Shown: positions 48,290 to 57,933, counted from the stretch's first letter. The stretch is DNA of 64,000 bases from a virus (IMGVR_UViG_3300037419_001469:20786-84785); one strand, 5' to 3'. The notes: generated from the sequence alone by a model not told the origin. Numbers and translations: made by a program.

Positions 48290-49780
48290 ATGACCGATGC
48301 CGACTTTGAAGCCTGGCTGATTTCCCCGGACTCCCTGCGATGCGTGCTGGTCGAGGCGACCTGCTATGTCGACGGCGTCGAGACGGTGCGATACCTGTCG
48401 AACCTCGGCTACAACACGCAGGGCGGCGACACGCCGCCCAACACCGCGTACCTGCCGGTGCTCGGGCGCGGCGGCACCGCCTTTGCGGAGACGCTGTCGC
48501 TTGACCAGTCCGGCCTGTCCTACGGCGACATCGAGATCATCAATGCGGAGGGCCAGTTCGACGCCTGGCTGCTGGACCGCTGGATCAACTGCCCGGTCAA
48601 GATGTTCGTGGGCGATCCGCGATGGGCGCGCGCCGATTTCCGGATGGTGTTCAACGGCATCGCCGCCGACCTGTCGAGCAAGTCCCGCACGAGATTGAAC
48701 ATCCTGATCCGCGACAAGATGGAGCGCCTGAATTCGCCGGTGACGGACGTGAAGTTGGGCGGCACGACGCAGAACAAGGACGAGCTGCTGCCGCTGGTCT
48801 TTGGCGAAGTCCACAACATGACGCCCTTGCTGATCGATCCGTCGCTGCACACGTACCAGGTGCATCAGGGCCAGATCCACCGCGTCATCGAGGTGCGCGA
48901 CAACGGCGTGCCGGTGACGATCGTGGCCGACACCGTCTCCGGCACCTTCAACCTGACCGGCACGCCGGCCGGCGCGATCACGGCGTCGGTGCAGGGAGAT
49001 ACGCAGCCGGACTGGAACATCACCGTTGCCTCGATCATCAAGAGGTTGGTCACCGGCTACGGCAAGGAGCCGATGCGGCTGACCGAAGACGACATCGACC
49101 TGGACAACTTCGCCGCGTTCGACACCGCGCATCCGCAGCCGGTCGGCATCTGCACCACCAGCAAGACCAACGTCGTCGACATGGTGCAGGCGCTGGCGAA
49201 ATCGCTCGGCGCGCAGCCGTGGTTCAACCGCCTCGGAAAACTGCAGCTGCTGCAGCTGTCGTTTCCCGGCGTGCTGCCCGCCTCCGGCATTGCGCAGCGC
49301 TTCGGCCCGGAAGACATGGCCGCGCAGAACCTGTCGATCGCACAGCGCAGCCCGGTCCAGGCCGCGGTCATCCTTGCCTACTGCAGGAACTGGACGGTGC
49401 AGACCGGCTTGCAGACCGGCATCCTCGAGGAGCACAAGGCGCGCTTCGCCACCGAGTGGGACACCTTCACCGCGAAGTACACCGTGATCGCGCAGCAGTA
49501 CGGCCTGGACCTGGACCCGGACCAGAGGGAAACGATGCTGCTGCGCCGGAAAGAGGCCGAGCCGGAAGCCTGGCGCCTGCTGGACATGCTGTGCGTGCCG
49601 CGCACGACCTACCGCTTCCAGGCCTACGGACGCGGCTTGCTGCTGTCCCTGGGCGAAGCCGTGTTGCTGGAGCACCCGCGCTTCAACCTGGATGCGATCG
49701 TCGGCGGCACGCCGGGTGTCGTCGTCGGCCTGACGCCGGACTGGTTCGCCGGACGCTGCCTCGTCGACGTGATGGTGTGA
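48290..49780 (+). CDS. tail tip/baseplate hub protein
   Basis: First gene after the TMP; beta-rich; PLVFGEVHN motif. Confidence 0.65.
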   Translation: MTDADFEAWLISPDSLRCVLVEATCYVDGVETVRYLSNLGYNTQGGDTPPNTAYLPVLGRGGTAFAETLSLDQSGLSYGDIEIINAEGQFDAWLLDRWINCPVKMFVGDPRWARADFRMVFNGIAADLSSKSRTRLNILIRDKMERLNSPVTDVKLGGTTQNKDELLPLVFGEVHNMTPLLIDPSLHTYQVHQGQIHRVIEVRDNGVPVTIVADTVSGTFNLTGTPAGAITASVQGDTQPDWNITVASIIKRLVTGYGKEPMRLTEDDIDLDNFAAFDTAHPQPVGICTTSKTNVVDMVQALAKSLGAQPWFNRLGKLQLLQLSFPGVLPASGIAQRFGPEDMAAQNLSIAQRSPVQAAVILAYCRNWTVQTGLQTGILEEHKARFATEWDTFTAKYTVIAQQYGLDLDPDQRETMLLRRKEAEPEAWRLLDMLCVPRTTYRFQAYGRGLLLSLGEAVLLEHPRFNLDAIVGGTPGVVVGLTPDWFAGRCLVDVMV

Positions 49781-49807
49781 TCCCACTAAGTGTGAAAGGG
49801 GCAGGAC

Positions 49808-50008
49808 ATGGGTGAGGACGGGCCGATCAATGACCGCGACGTGTGGCTGCAGACGGCCGAGAGCCGCTTCGCGGTGCCGACCGTGATGCAGGCCACGGCG
49901 CTGTCCTACGACCAGGCCGCGGCGACCGGGGCGACTATTGCGGCGGCCAAGCGGCTTGACCTGTCCGCGACGGTGCAGTTCTTTATCGTGCGCGCCGGCC
50001 CGGCATAA
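49808..50008 (+). CDS. small tail-tip module protein (66 aa)
   Basis: Homologous to the C-terminal 60 aa of 50017-52032. Confidence 0.7.
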   Translation: MGEDGPINDRDVWLQTAESRFAVPTVMQATALSYDQAAATGATIAAAKRLDLSATVQFFIVRAGPA

Positions 50009-50016
50009 GGAAGACC

Positions 50017-52032
50017 ATGAGCGTATCGAATGACAGCTACGGCAGCGCGGTCCCACTAAGTGGGGACAGCGGCAGCATCGCCGGCACCAACATCGGCGCG
50101 AACACGCTTGACTCGGGAGAGGTCGACGGTTCCGTTGTCTGGTACAAGTGGACCGCGCCGCGCGACTGCCAGGCGAAGTTCTGGCTGACCAGCCCGCCGA
50201 AGACGGCGATGATGCGCATTTTCAATGGCTCCGGGTCGTCGTTCTCCAATGTGCTGCAGTATGCCGACTACCGCTACGGCGGTTACCAGGATGGCACCGG
50301 GCTGTTCTTCGATGCGAAGGCGGGCGAGGAATACCACATCTCGGTCGGCACCCAAAGCGCCGATGCGAGCGCGCAGTATGCCTTCACGCTGAACTGGCAG
50401 GTCATCACCCTGCTGCCACTGGAATCCCCGGCCAGCACGCCGCCCGCCAATTCCGACTGGACCACGGCCATCGACATCGACGGCATCTTCGGGGAAGTCA
50501 CCGGCACGACCAATGGCTCGCCGGACAACTCCGTCTGGTACAAGTGGACGCCGGACACGGCCGGCACCATCGTCTTTACCGTCACGCCGACGAACAACGG
50601 CAATGTCGGCGGACCGTGGGCCTATCGCGGCGACGCCTACGCCTCGTCCTACGACATCGAGCCGGCCGAGTGGACCTACGGCTACGATTTTTCCACGATC
50701 AAGGTGCCGGCGATGGTCGGCATCCCGCTGCACATCAACGTCTCCATGTTCGACGTCGGCCGGCAGGGCTTCAAGATGACGTGGAAGCAGCTGCAGCCGC
50801 AGCAGGACCCGGTCAGCGGCCTGTCGTTCACGGCGATGATGTCGCCCACGCGCTCGGCCTACGTGTCGATCTCGAACCCGCTGGTCAATGAAGTGTGGGT
50901 GATGCAGGACATTTACGCGCCGACCACGCCGACGCCGTACAACGCGATCGCGCGCTTCCGCGAGGGGGATGGCTTGTTCCTCGGCTTCATCCAGATGAAT
51001 GTCGTGCCGTATGACCCGATCGTCTACGACGCCTTCAACCAGCGCGTGTGGATTCCGCTGGAAGGCAACCAGACGACCTACGTGTCGGCGCTGCCGCCGT
51101 TCACGCAGGGGCCGGTCTTCAATTTCCACATGGATTACGGCGGCGACATCTCCCCGGTCGACGGCACGCTGTGGCTGACCCGCCCTATCGTAGGAACTCC
51201 GGCGGCCATCACTACGCTGGAACAGTGGAGCCAGAACACCGGCACCCGCCTGCATGACTTCCGGCAGGACGGCATCACCAACAACATTTTCGAGTACCAC
51301 TTTTCCAAGACCGGCAGGCTGTTCGGCAACCTGCAGAAATACCGGGGCGACCTGCCCTATCCGCAGGTGGACGATCTGTACGCCGGTTATGACCGCGCGA
51401 TCTACGAGTTCAACACCACGACCGGCGCGGCGACGCGGCTGGCGGGAACCGACCACGTCTACCGCTTCGTCGTCTCATTCAAGAGAAACAGCCTGTTCCT
51501 GTACATGCTGCTGCCAGACCCGGCGACGGGGCTGACCGACACCACGCGCAGCCAGGTGATCGAGTACAGCCTGGACACGAACGCCGTCGTCGCCACCTAC
51601 GAGATCCCGTACTACTTCTTCCAGTACGAGTATTACGGCTACATCGTGGCGGACGACCTGCGCGACGTCTTCTGGATCATGGACACCAACACCGGCCAGT
51701 TCGCCGCGGTGTCGATGGTCGACGGCACGGTAAGCCATGTCGCCACTTCTCCGGGCGGCAGCGGCAGCATGATGGTCTCGCCGGACGGCCTGTGGGTTCT
51801 CAGCTACGACGTGTTCTACAAGATCCAGACGCTGCGCGTCGCGCCGGAAGGGCCGATCAATGATCGCGACGTCTGGCTGGAGAGCTACGCCAACCGCTTC
51901 GAAAATTCAGAAGACCAGGACAAGACCAGCCTGAGCGGCGCGCAAAGCGCCTCCACCGGCATCGTCGTGTTTTCCGCGAAGCGACTTGACCTGGCCGCAT
52001 CCGTTCAATTCTTCATCGTGAGGCCGTCGTGA
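50017..52032 (+). CDS. putative receptor-binding/adhesin tail protein (two PPC-like domains + beta-propeller-like region)
   Basis: Repeated ND..A..(L/I).G..G...G....SVWYKWT units, then YVTN/NHL-like blades. Confidence 0.6.
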   Translation: MSVSNDSYGSAVPLSGDSGSIAGTNIGANTLDSGEVDGSVVWYKWTAPRDCQAKFWLTSPPKTAMMRIFNGSGSSFSNVLQYADYRYGGYQDGTGLFFDAKAGEEYHISVGTQSADASAQYAFTLNWQVITLLPLESPASTPPANSDWTTAIDIDGIFGEVTGTTNGSPDNSVWYKWTPDTAGTIVFTVTPTNNGNVGGPWAYRGDAYASSYDIEPAEWTYGYDFSTIKVPAMVGIPLHINVSMFDVGRQGFKMTWKQLQPQQDPVSGLSFTAMMSPTRSAYVSISNPLVNEVWVMQDIYAPTTPTPYNAIARFREGDGLFLGFIQMNVVPYDPIVYDAFNQRVWIPLEGNQTTYVSALPPFTQGPVFNFHMDYGGDISPVDGTLWLTRPIVGTPAAITTLEQWSQNTGTRLHDFRQDGITNNIFEYHFSKTGRLFGNLQKYRGDLPYPQVDDLYAGYDRAIYEFNTTTGAATRLAGTDHVYRFVVSFKRNSLFLYMLLPDPATGLTDTTRSQVIEYSLDTNAVVATYEIPYYFFQYEYYGYIVADDLRDVFWIMDTNTGQFAAVSMVDGTVSHVATSPGGSGSMMVSPDGLWVLSYDVFYKIQTLRVAPEGPINDRDVWLESYANRFENSEDQDKTSLSGAQSASTGIVVFSAKRLDLAASVQFFIVRPS

Positions 52033-53435
52033 TCGTTGAACCACCCTCAATTGCCCTGTCCCCGACGCTGCGCAACCTGGCCGGCACGCCGACCTATTCT
52101 GTCGTGTCGGGCAGCGCGACGCTGGTGCCTGTCGGGGACAAGGTGCAGGTCATCTTCGGCAGCATGGGCAGCGACCGCGTCACGATCCGCGCCTCGATCA
52201 GCGATGGCGGCATCACCTACCAGGACCAGATGACCCTGGTGAAACTGGTCGACGGCGGCACCGCCATCTCGCATGTGCTGACCAACGAGATGCACGCGCT
52301 GTTCTCGGACCAGTTCGGCAACATCGTCAATTACATGGGCGCGTCCGGGCAATTCCAGGTGTGGAAGGGCGCGACCGAAGTCACGAACGAATGCACGTTC
52401 TCGATCGTGTCGACCTCGGCCGACGTGATCATGTCGATCTCGAACATCGGACGCTACGCGCTGACCGGCATGCCGGCCAGCCTGGACACCCTGACCGTGG
52501 TGCTGCGCGCCACCTACGAGGGGGCGAACTACGACGAGACCTTCACCGTCACCAAGATCAAGGCACCGGCCGGCAGCGGCGGCGACCCGGCGCAGCAGGT
52601 CGTCAACGGCATGCGATTGCCGATGAATTTCACGGTCGCCACGGCCTTGACGACCTGGTCGAACTTGCTGGCGAACCAGGCGGTGATCCCCTACAACGGC
52701 ACCGTGCGCAACGACATCGTCACCGAGTACAACAACGTCGCGGTGCCGCCGTACAAGGAGACGCGGTTTTGGGACGGCAAGCAGTGGCTGCGGCTTGACC
52801 AGAAGCTCGATGGCAACCTGCTGGTCACCGGCACGGTGTCGGCCGATGCGCTGTCGGCCAATGCCGTCGATGCGATCACCGGCAACTTCCAGCAGCTCGT
52901 CACCGACCAGATCACGGCGAACAACGCAACGATCCAGACGGAGACGGCGCAGCAGATCAGCGCCGCCTCGATCAGCGTCGACCAGCTGGACGTGGCGAAC
53001 CTGCGCCTGAACGGCGTCAACATCAACCCGGACCAGCTCGGCACGGGACACATGATCGACCATTCGATCACGGTGCCGGTGCTGCTGCAGGCCTCGGCCA
53101 GCGCGTCGCTGTCGGCCGGGCAGTCCTGGGACTCCGGCACGATGTCGGCCGACTATGGCGCCGACGCGACCGTGATGGTGCAGATCACGATCTCCGTCGA
53201 AGGCTTGTCCGGCACCAACGGCTTTGCCCGCTACATGATCAGCGCCATGCGCGACGGTGGCGGCGTCTCCGGCCAGACCTTCTCGGTCGGTGTGAACGCC
53301 TTCGATTCCGGCACCTTCACCACGCAGATCCCGGTGACGGCCGGCACCCATACCTGGGGCGTGCAGGTGCAATGCACCGATGGCAGCCTGCAGATCAGCG
53401 GCGTCTCCGCTTCCTTCCTCGGGACCATGAAATGA
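52029..53435 (+). CDS. central tail fibre/tip protein
   Basis: GTG start with GAGG; LDGNLLVTGTVSADAL J-like segment. Confidence 0.65.
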   Translation: MIVEPPSIALSPTLRNLAGTPTYSVVSGSATLVPVGDKVQVIFGSMGSDRVTIRASISDGGITYQDQMTLVKLVDGGTAISHVLTNEMHALFSDQFGNIVNYMGASGQFQVWKGATEVTNECTFSIVSTSADVIMSISNIGRYALTGMPASLDTLTVVLRATYEGANYDETFTVTKIKAPAGSGGDPAQQVVNGMRLPMNFTVATALTTWSNLLANQAVIPYNGTVRNDIVTEYNNVAVPPYKETRFWDGKQWLRLDQKLDGNLLVTGTVSADALSANAVDAITGNFQQLVTDQITANNATIQTETAQQISAASISVDQLDVANLRLNGVNINPDQLGTGHMIDHSITVPVLLQASASASLSAGQSWDSGTMSADYGADATVMVQITISVEGLSGTNGFARYMISAMRDGGGVSGQTFSVGVNAFDSGTFTTQIPVTAGTHTWGVQVQCTDGSLQISGVSASFLGTMK

Positions 53436-53779
53436 TCGTCAAGCTCTTTTTCTACGACACGTCCGGCCGCATCACGATGGTCGGCGCCTGCCCCGAATCG
53501 ATGGTGCCGCTGCAGGAAGGCGACCATTACCAGGGCGAGATGGACCCGTCGACCGAATACATCGTCGACGGCAAGCCCGCGCCGCGTCCGACCTGCCCGG
53601 CTGCGCTGTCCGGATTCACACTCAGTGGGATGCCGGTGCCGTCGCAGCTGTTCATCAATGATGTCGCGCATGACGTCACCGAGGCCAGCGTCGATCTCGA
53701 GTTCCCGCAGCCGGGGAAGTACGACTTGCGTGTCGTCGCCTGGCCCTATCTCGACGGCCGGTTCACGGTCACGGTGTAG
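53432..53779 (+). CDS. minor tail protein
   Basis: ATGA coupling; YIVDGKPAPRP motif. Confidence 0.6.
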   Translation: MIVKLFFYDTSGRITMVGACPESMVPLQEGDHYQGEMDPSTEYIVDGKPAPRPTCPAALSGFTLSGMPVPSQLFINDVAHDVTEASVDLEFPQPGKYDLRVVAWPYLDGRFTVTV

Positions 53780-53818
53780 CATGCTAAAGTTTCGTGCAGG
53801 AAATATCCGAGGCTCCCG

Positions 53819-54229
53819 ATGAAGATCGTTTTCGACAATACCGCTTACCGCGACGCGGCCATTGCCCAGGTCGACCGGGCCTGCGACGCCGCGCGGCTGC
53901 GCGTGGTCGAAGACCCGGTGCGGGTATGGGAATACGAAAAATCGCAGCAGCAGGCACAGGCCTATGCCGATGCCGGCTTCACCGGCGACGTGCCGCGGTA
54001 TGTCGCCGCCTGGCAGAAGGCAAAGTGGCGCCAGAACTGGACCGCGCAGCAGGCGGCGCAGGACATCCTCGCCACCGCCGCGCCGTGGGAAGAAGCCTTG
54101 ATCGCCATCCGCGAGCTGCGCCTGGGCGTCAAGGAAGACCTGCGCGCGTCGACCACGCAGGCCGACATCGATTCCATCCTTGCCGGCTTTTTCGGCAAGC
54201 TGACAACCATGATGCAGGGAGTGCAATGA
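53819..54229 (+). CDS. tail fibre assembly-like protein
   Basis: RDAAIAQVDRACDAAR...YEKSQQQA...IRELRL pattern. Confidence 0.6.
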   Translation: MKIVFDNTAYRDAAIAQVDRACDAARLRVVEDPVRVWEYEKSQQQAQAYADAGFTGDVPRYVAAWQKAKWRQNWTAQQAAQDILATAAPWEEALIAIRELRLGVKEDLRASTTQADIDSILAGFFGKLTTMMQGVQ

Positions 54230-54663
54230 TGCAGGTGGCTCTGTACAAAGGAAAGGGTCAACGCCTGTTCGACCGGCTGATCTGCTGGTGGACACGCAGC
54301 ACCTACTCGCATTGCGAGGCGGTCTTCGACTACAACGCCGAGACCGGCCAATATTTCTGTGCCAGCGCCTCGGTGCTCGACGGCGGCGTGCGCTTCAGGT
54401 GGATGCCGCTCGATCCCACTAAGTGGGACCTGGTCGAACTGACCGCCGACAAGCATGCCGCCTTCGAATGGTATGCAAACCATGTCGGTCGGAAGTACGA
54501 CTACCAGGGCATCGTCGGCTGCGTGATCCGCGCCATTCCCGCCAACCCGGCGCGCTGGTTCTGCTCGTCGGCGCTGGCCGCCGCGCTCGGCTGGCCGGAG
54601 CCGTGGCGGTGCCTGCCGGCCAACATCAAGAACGCCGCGGATTGGGAGAAGGCGCATGGCTGA
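54226..54663 (+). CDS. permuted papain-like (YiiX/YebB-type NlpC/P60) protein
   Basis: YSHCE precedes GRKYDY and WFCS (His-before-Cys order). Confidence 0.7.
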   Translation: MMQVALYKGKGQRLFDRLICWWTRSTYSHCEAVFDYNAETGQYFCASASVLDGGVRFRWMPLDPTKWDLVELTADKHAAFEWYANHVGRKYDYQGIVGCVIRAIPANPARWFCSSALAAALGWPEPWRCLPANIKNAADWEKAHG

Positions 54664-55459
54664 CATCGTTCCGAACGCGCGCATCGTCGCGGACAATGCC
54701 GCGCTGCGCGCGACGGTGTCGGCCAGCAGCTCGGTCGGCACCTTCCTGCCTGGCAACCTGATCAAGACCGGCAAGACGCTGGTGCATCGCGCGGGCGGCA
54801 CGTCCGTCACCTACACCCTGTCCTGGCCCTCGGCCGAGATGATCGGCATGGTTGCGCTGGCCTTCTCGAATCTGACGAAGAACGCGACAATTTCCGTCAA
54901 TGGCGTGACCGTGCAGGCCGCGCAGGAACAGGAGCCGGCGCCGTATGGCTTCGAGGGGCTATCCCGCGTCTCGGCCAAGTCAACCTATGGCGGCGGCACC
55001 TACGCCACCGTCTGGTTCACGCCGTCTGCCATGTCGAGCATCAGCCTGACCGTCGACGATCCGGGCAACCCTGACGGCTACATCGAGGCCGGATACATCA
55101 TCGCAGGCAACTGGTGGACACCGACGCGCAACGTGTCCTATGGGGCGTCGGCCGGCGTCGGAGACAACACAAAGAACGAGAGAAACGATGCCGGGGACTT
55201 GATCTCCGACCGCGGCCCGGTGTTCAAGAAGCTGACGCTGCCGTTCAACGATTTCGATGCGGCAGACCGCCACGCGCTGTTCGACATCCTGCACCGTAAC
55301 GGCTTGTCGCGGCCGTTCTTCGCCTCGTTGTTCCCCGACAACACCGATAAATCGGTCGAGCGCGCCCACGAAATCTACGGCAAATTGTCAAATCTCTCTG
55401 CGGTCTCCGTCGCCAACTTCACGTCATACACGACGACGCTGGAGATCGAGGAAGTCTGA
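54656..55459 (+). CDS. distal-tail-like minor tail protein
   Basis: WTPTRNVSYG...RNDAGDL...KKLTLPF pattern. Confidence 0.55.
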   Translation: MADIVPNARIVADNAALRATVSASSSVGTFLPGNLIKTGKTLVHRAGGTSVTYTLSWPSAEMIGMVALAFSNLTKNATISVNGVTVQAAQEQEPAPYGFEGLSRVSAKSTYGGGTYATVWFTPSAMSSISLTVDDPGNPDGYIEAGYIIAGNWWTPTRNVSYGASAGVGDNTKNERNDAGDLISDRGPVFKKLTLPFNDFDAADRHALFDILHRNGLSRPFFASLFPDNTDKSVERAHEIYGKLSNLSAVSVANFTSYTTTLEIEEV

Positions 55460-55519
55460 GCTGATCTTTCCACGAGGAAATGGGCCTATAATGGCCTCAA
55501 CTTTCCTCGGGGAAACCCA

Positions 55520-55957
55520 ATGCGCCGCCTCCGACTTGCCGCCTCCGACTGCCGTTCCCGCCTCCTGGTCCTGCTGCTGGACACGAACCTGCTGTCGGCG
55601 CGCTTCATGCTGATGGTGGCGTCGCTGTCCTGGGCCTTCGCTCTCCTCCTGCCTGGCGATGGTTTCGTCAGGCCCCTTTATCAGCCGATGCGCCTGATCG
55701 CCCCGGAACACGTATGGGCGGCGCTGTTCGGCCTTCACGGTGTCTCCTCGCTCATCGCGAGCTTCAGCCGGTGTCGCCACCGGCTGTTTTTCTTCCTGGA
55801 GCCCGCCCTTGGGCTCCTGCTGTACTCCGCCTCGACACTGAGCGTGTGGGCCGGAGCTGACCAACCCGCGCCACTGCTGTCCTGTTCTTTCGCCTGCATG
55901 GCTGCCGCCTTCTGGCTGGTGGCGCGCTACCCGGAGAAACCCCGTGCAGGCACCTGA
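55520..55957 (+). CDS. multi-TM membrane protein (holin/antiholin candidate)
   Basis: About four hydrophobic helices at the head of the lysis cassette. Confidence 0.55.
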   Translation: MRRLRLAASDCRSRLLVLLLDTNLLSARFMLMVASLSWAFALLLPGDGFVRPLYQPMRLIAPEHVWAALFGLHGVSSLIASFSRCRHRLFFFLEPALGLLLYSASTLSVWAGADQPAPLLSCSFACMAAAFWLVARYPEKPRAGT

Positions 55958-56357
55958 CTTCAACACCGGCTCGACCGGCTGGATCGCCAGCCTCTCCTCC
56001 GGCATCACGATGCTCGGTTTCGGCGCGATGTACGCGGTGCGCCAGTACATGGGAACCAGGCGGGCGAATGCAGCCGACCAGGGCGTGACCTCGGCGTATG
56101 AGTTGCTGACCTCGGAAAACAAGCGGCTGTCGTTGCAGCTTGCCGACCTGTCGCTCCTGGTCAACAAGAACCTGACGGAAAAGCTGGAACTGGTCGCGCG
56201 CGTGGGCGAGCTGGAACGCAAGCTCGGCGTGATGGGCGACCTGGAAAAAGAGAACGCGGAGCTGCGCGAGGAGGTTGCGCAGATCCGCGCCGAAAACCAC
56301 GAACTGCGCGACAAGCTGCACACGCTGGAGCTGCAGATGGCCGTGTCGAGGACCTGA
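55944..56357 (+). CDS. TM + coiled-coil lysis-cassette protein
   Basis: GTG start; one TM then long heptads. Confidence 0.55.
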   Translation: MQAPDFNTGSTGWIASLSSGITMLGFGAMYAVRQYMGTRRANAADQGVTSAYELLTSENKRLSLQLADLSLLVNKNLTEKLELVARVGELERKLGVMGDLEKENAELREEVAQIRAENHELRDKLHTLELQMAVSRT

Positions 56358-56358
56358 C

Positions 56359-56841
56359 ATGTTGTTGACCTTGATCTCGATGTTGGGCGGCGGCGCGATG
56401 CGCCTGCTGCCGGAAATCTTTTCCCTGCTGACGAAGAAGCAGGACTATGCGCACGAGCTCGCCATGCTCGACCGCCAGGCCGCGCTGGAGCAGTCCCGCA
56501 GCCAGGCCCGGCTCGACGAGATCACGACGCAGGGCAATTTCACCGACATGCTGGCCCTGCTCGATGCGCAGAAGGAGGCGCTGAAGGGGCAAATGCAGCC
56601 GACCGGCATCCGCTTCGTCGACGCGCTCAATTTCCTGGTCCGGCCCCTGACGACGTATTACTTCCTCGGCTGCTACGGCATCTACAAGACCGCCTTGCTG
56701 GTCATCGCCATCCGCCAGGTCGATGCCTGGACCGCGATCCTGCAGTGCTACACCGAGAACGACATGAACATCCTCGCGTCGATCCTGGCGTTCTGGTTCG
56801 TCGGGCGCACCGTCGACCGCAACAACGGCGTCCTGAAGTGA
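56359..56841 (+). CDS. holin (3TM family-like)
   Basis: LGGGAMRLLPE...KKQDYAHELAM...VDALNFLVRP...AFWFVGR. Confidence 0.7.
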   Translation: MLLTLISMLGGGAMRLLPEIFSLLTKKQDYAHELAMLDRQAALEQSRSQARLDEITTQGNFTDMLALLDAQKEALKGQMQPTGIRFVDALNFLVRPLTTYYFLGCYGIYKTALLVIAIRQVDAWTAILQCYTENDMNILASILAFWFVGRTVDRNNGVLK

Positions 56842-57386
56842 TCGAGCTGCTGGAATGGATCGTCGCCCTGGTCATGCAGGGCGAGGGCTGCGTGCTGCGC
56901 GCCTACCCGGACCCGGCCTCGCCGCTGTACCGGGCGCTGGCCGCGCGCGGCCTGGTCCGCCAGGTCCTGGCGGGGAAAGCCGAGATCCCGGAAGACTTGC
57001 GCGGCCTGTCCGGCGCTCCCTGGACTTGCGGTTGGGGCGAGACCCTGGGCGTCAAGCAGGGCGACGTGTGGACGCAGCAGCAGGCGGATTTCCGCTTGCG
57101 CCAGCGCGTCGCGCAGTTCCTGCTGGCGGTCTATCAGCGCTGCCCGCACCTGCATGCGGAACCGGACAACCGCGTCGCCGCCTGCATCGATCTGGCCTAC
57201 AACATTGGCGTCGGTGCGTTCGCCGCCTCGAGCGTGTCGCGCTGGACCGGCCAGAATAAGTACCAGGCGGCGGCCGATGCGTTCCTGCTGTGGAACAAGG
57301 CGGGTGGGCGGGTCCTGCCCGGCTTGACCACGCGCCGGCAGAGAGAACGCGGCGTCTACCTCGGGCAGATCCCGGCGAAGCGCTGA
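56838..57386 (+). CDS. endolysin, GH24 lysozyme
   Basis: EGCVLRAYPD...WTCGWG, DLAYNIG, WNKAGGRVLPGLTTRR. Confidence 0.9.
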   Translation: MIELLEWIVALVMQGEGCVLRAYPDPASPLYRALAARGLVRQVLAGKAEIPEDLRGLSGAPWTCGWGETLGVKQGDVWTQQQADFRLRQRVAQFLLAVYQRCPHLHAEPDNRVAACIDLAYNIGVGAFAASSVSRWTGQNKYQAAADAFLLWNKAGGRVLPGLTTRRQRERGVYLGQIPAKR

Positions 57387-57540
57387 GTCCCACTCAGTGG
57401 GATTCCCCATTTTGCAACTATCAGACGCGCCCTGCCCGGGCGGCCACCAGGCGGAGGCGTTGCGCACGCCTCCGCTCATAGTTTCCAAGCCTCAACCTCA
57501 TGCTATGATCTCCGGTAATTCCCACAGGCAATAACAGACC

Positions 57541-57933
57541 ATGCCTACGATCCCCACTATCGGCAACATTGGCGACCGGCTGGACTTGCGCATCAAGCAG
57601 GGCGCGGACTTCGGGCCGGTGGTTGTCACGCTGACGAACCCGGACAATTCCCCAATGGATCTGACGGGCGGCAGCGTGCAGGGCATGGTCAAGAAAAAGC
57701 CATCCGATGCGACCCCTGCCGCGACGCTGCGCACTGCCATCGTCGACGCTGCTGCCGGTAAATGCCAGTTCTGGCTGACCCATGCCGACACGCTCGGCAT
57801 CAAAGCCGGCGCCGAGATGACGGACCCGCAATCGGCCTACACCTGGGACTTTTTCTTCATCGACAGCCAGGGCCGGCGCCTGCCGCTGCTGTACGGCGAT
57901 GCCCTGGTATTTCGCGAGGTGACCACGCCATGA
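57541..57933 (+). CDS. BppU-like fibre adaptor domain
   Basis: IKQGADF...PMDLTG...GKCQFWLT...YTWD..F pattern. Confidence 0.65.
   Translation: MPTIPTIGNIGDRLDLRIKQGADFGPVVVTLTNPDNSPMDLTGGSVQGMVKKKPSDATPAATLRTAIVDAAAGKCQFWLTHADTLGIKAGAEMTDPQSAYTWDFFFIDSQGRRLPLLYGDALVFREVTTP

Noticed and set aside
49808-52032. Duplicated tail module as a diversity-generating retroelement TR/VR pair or shufflon
   Set aside because: Differences are not adenine-specific, both copies are coding, and no reverse transcriptase or invertase is in the window.
51990-52032. Programmed frameshift fusing 50017-52032 to 52029-53435
   Set aside because: The -1 frame is open for only ~40 nt, no X-XXY-YYZ heptamer is present, and the downstream gene has its own GAGG RBS and GTG start.
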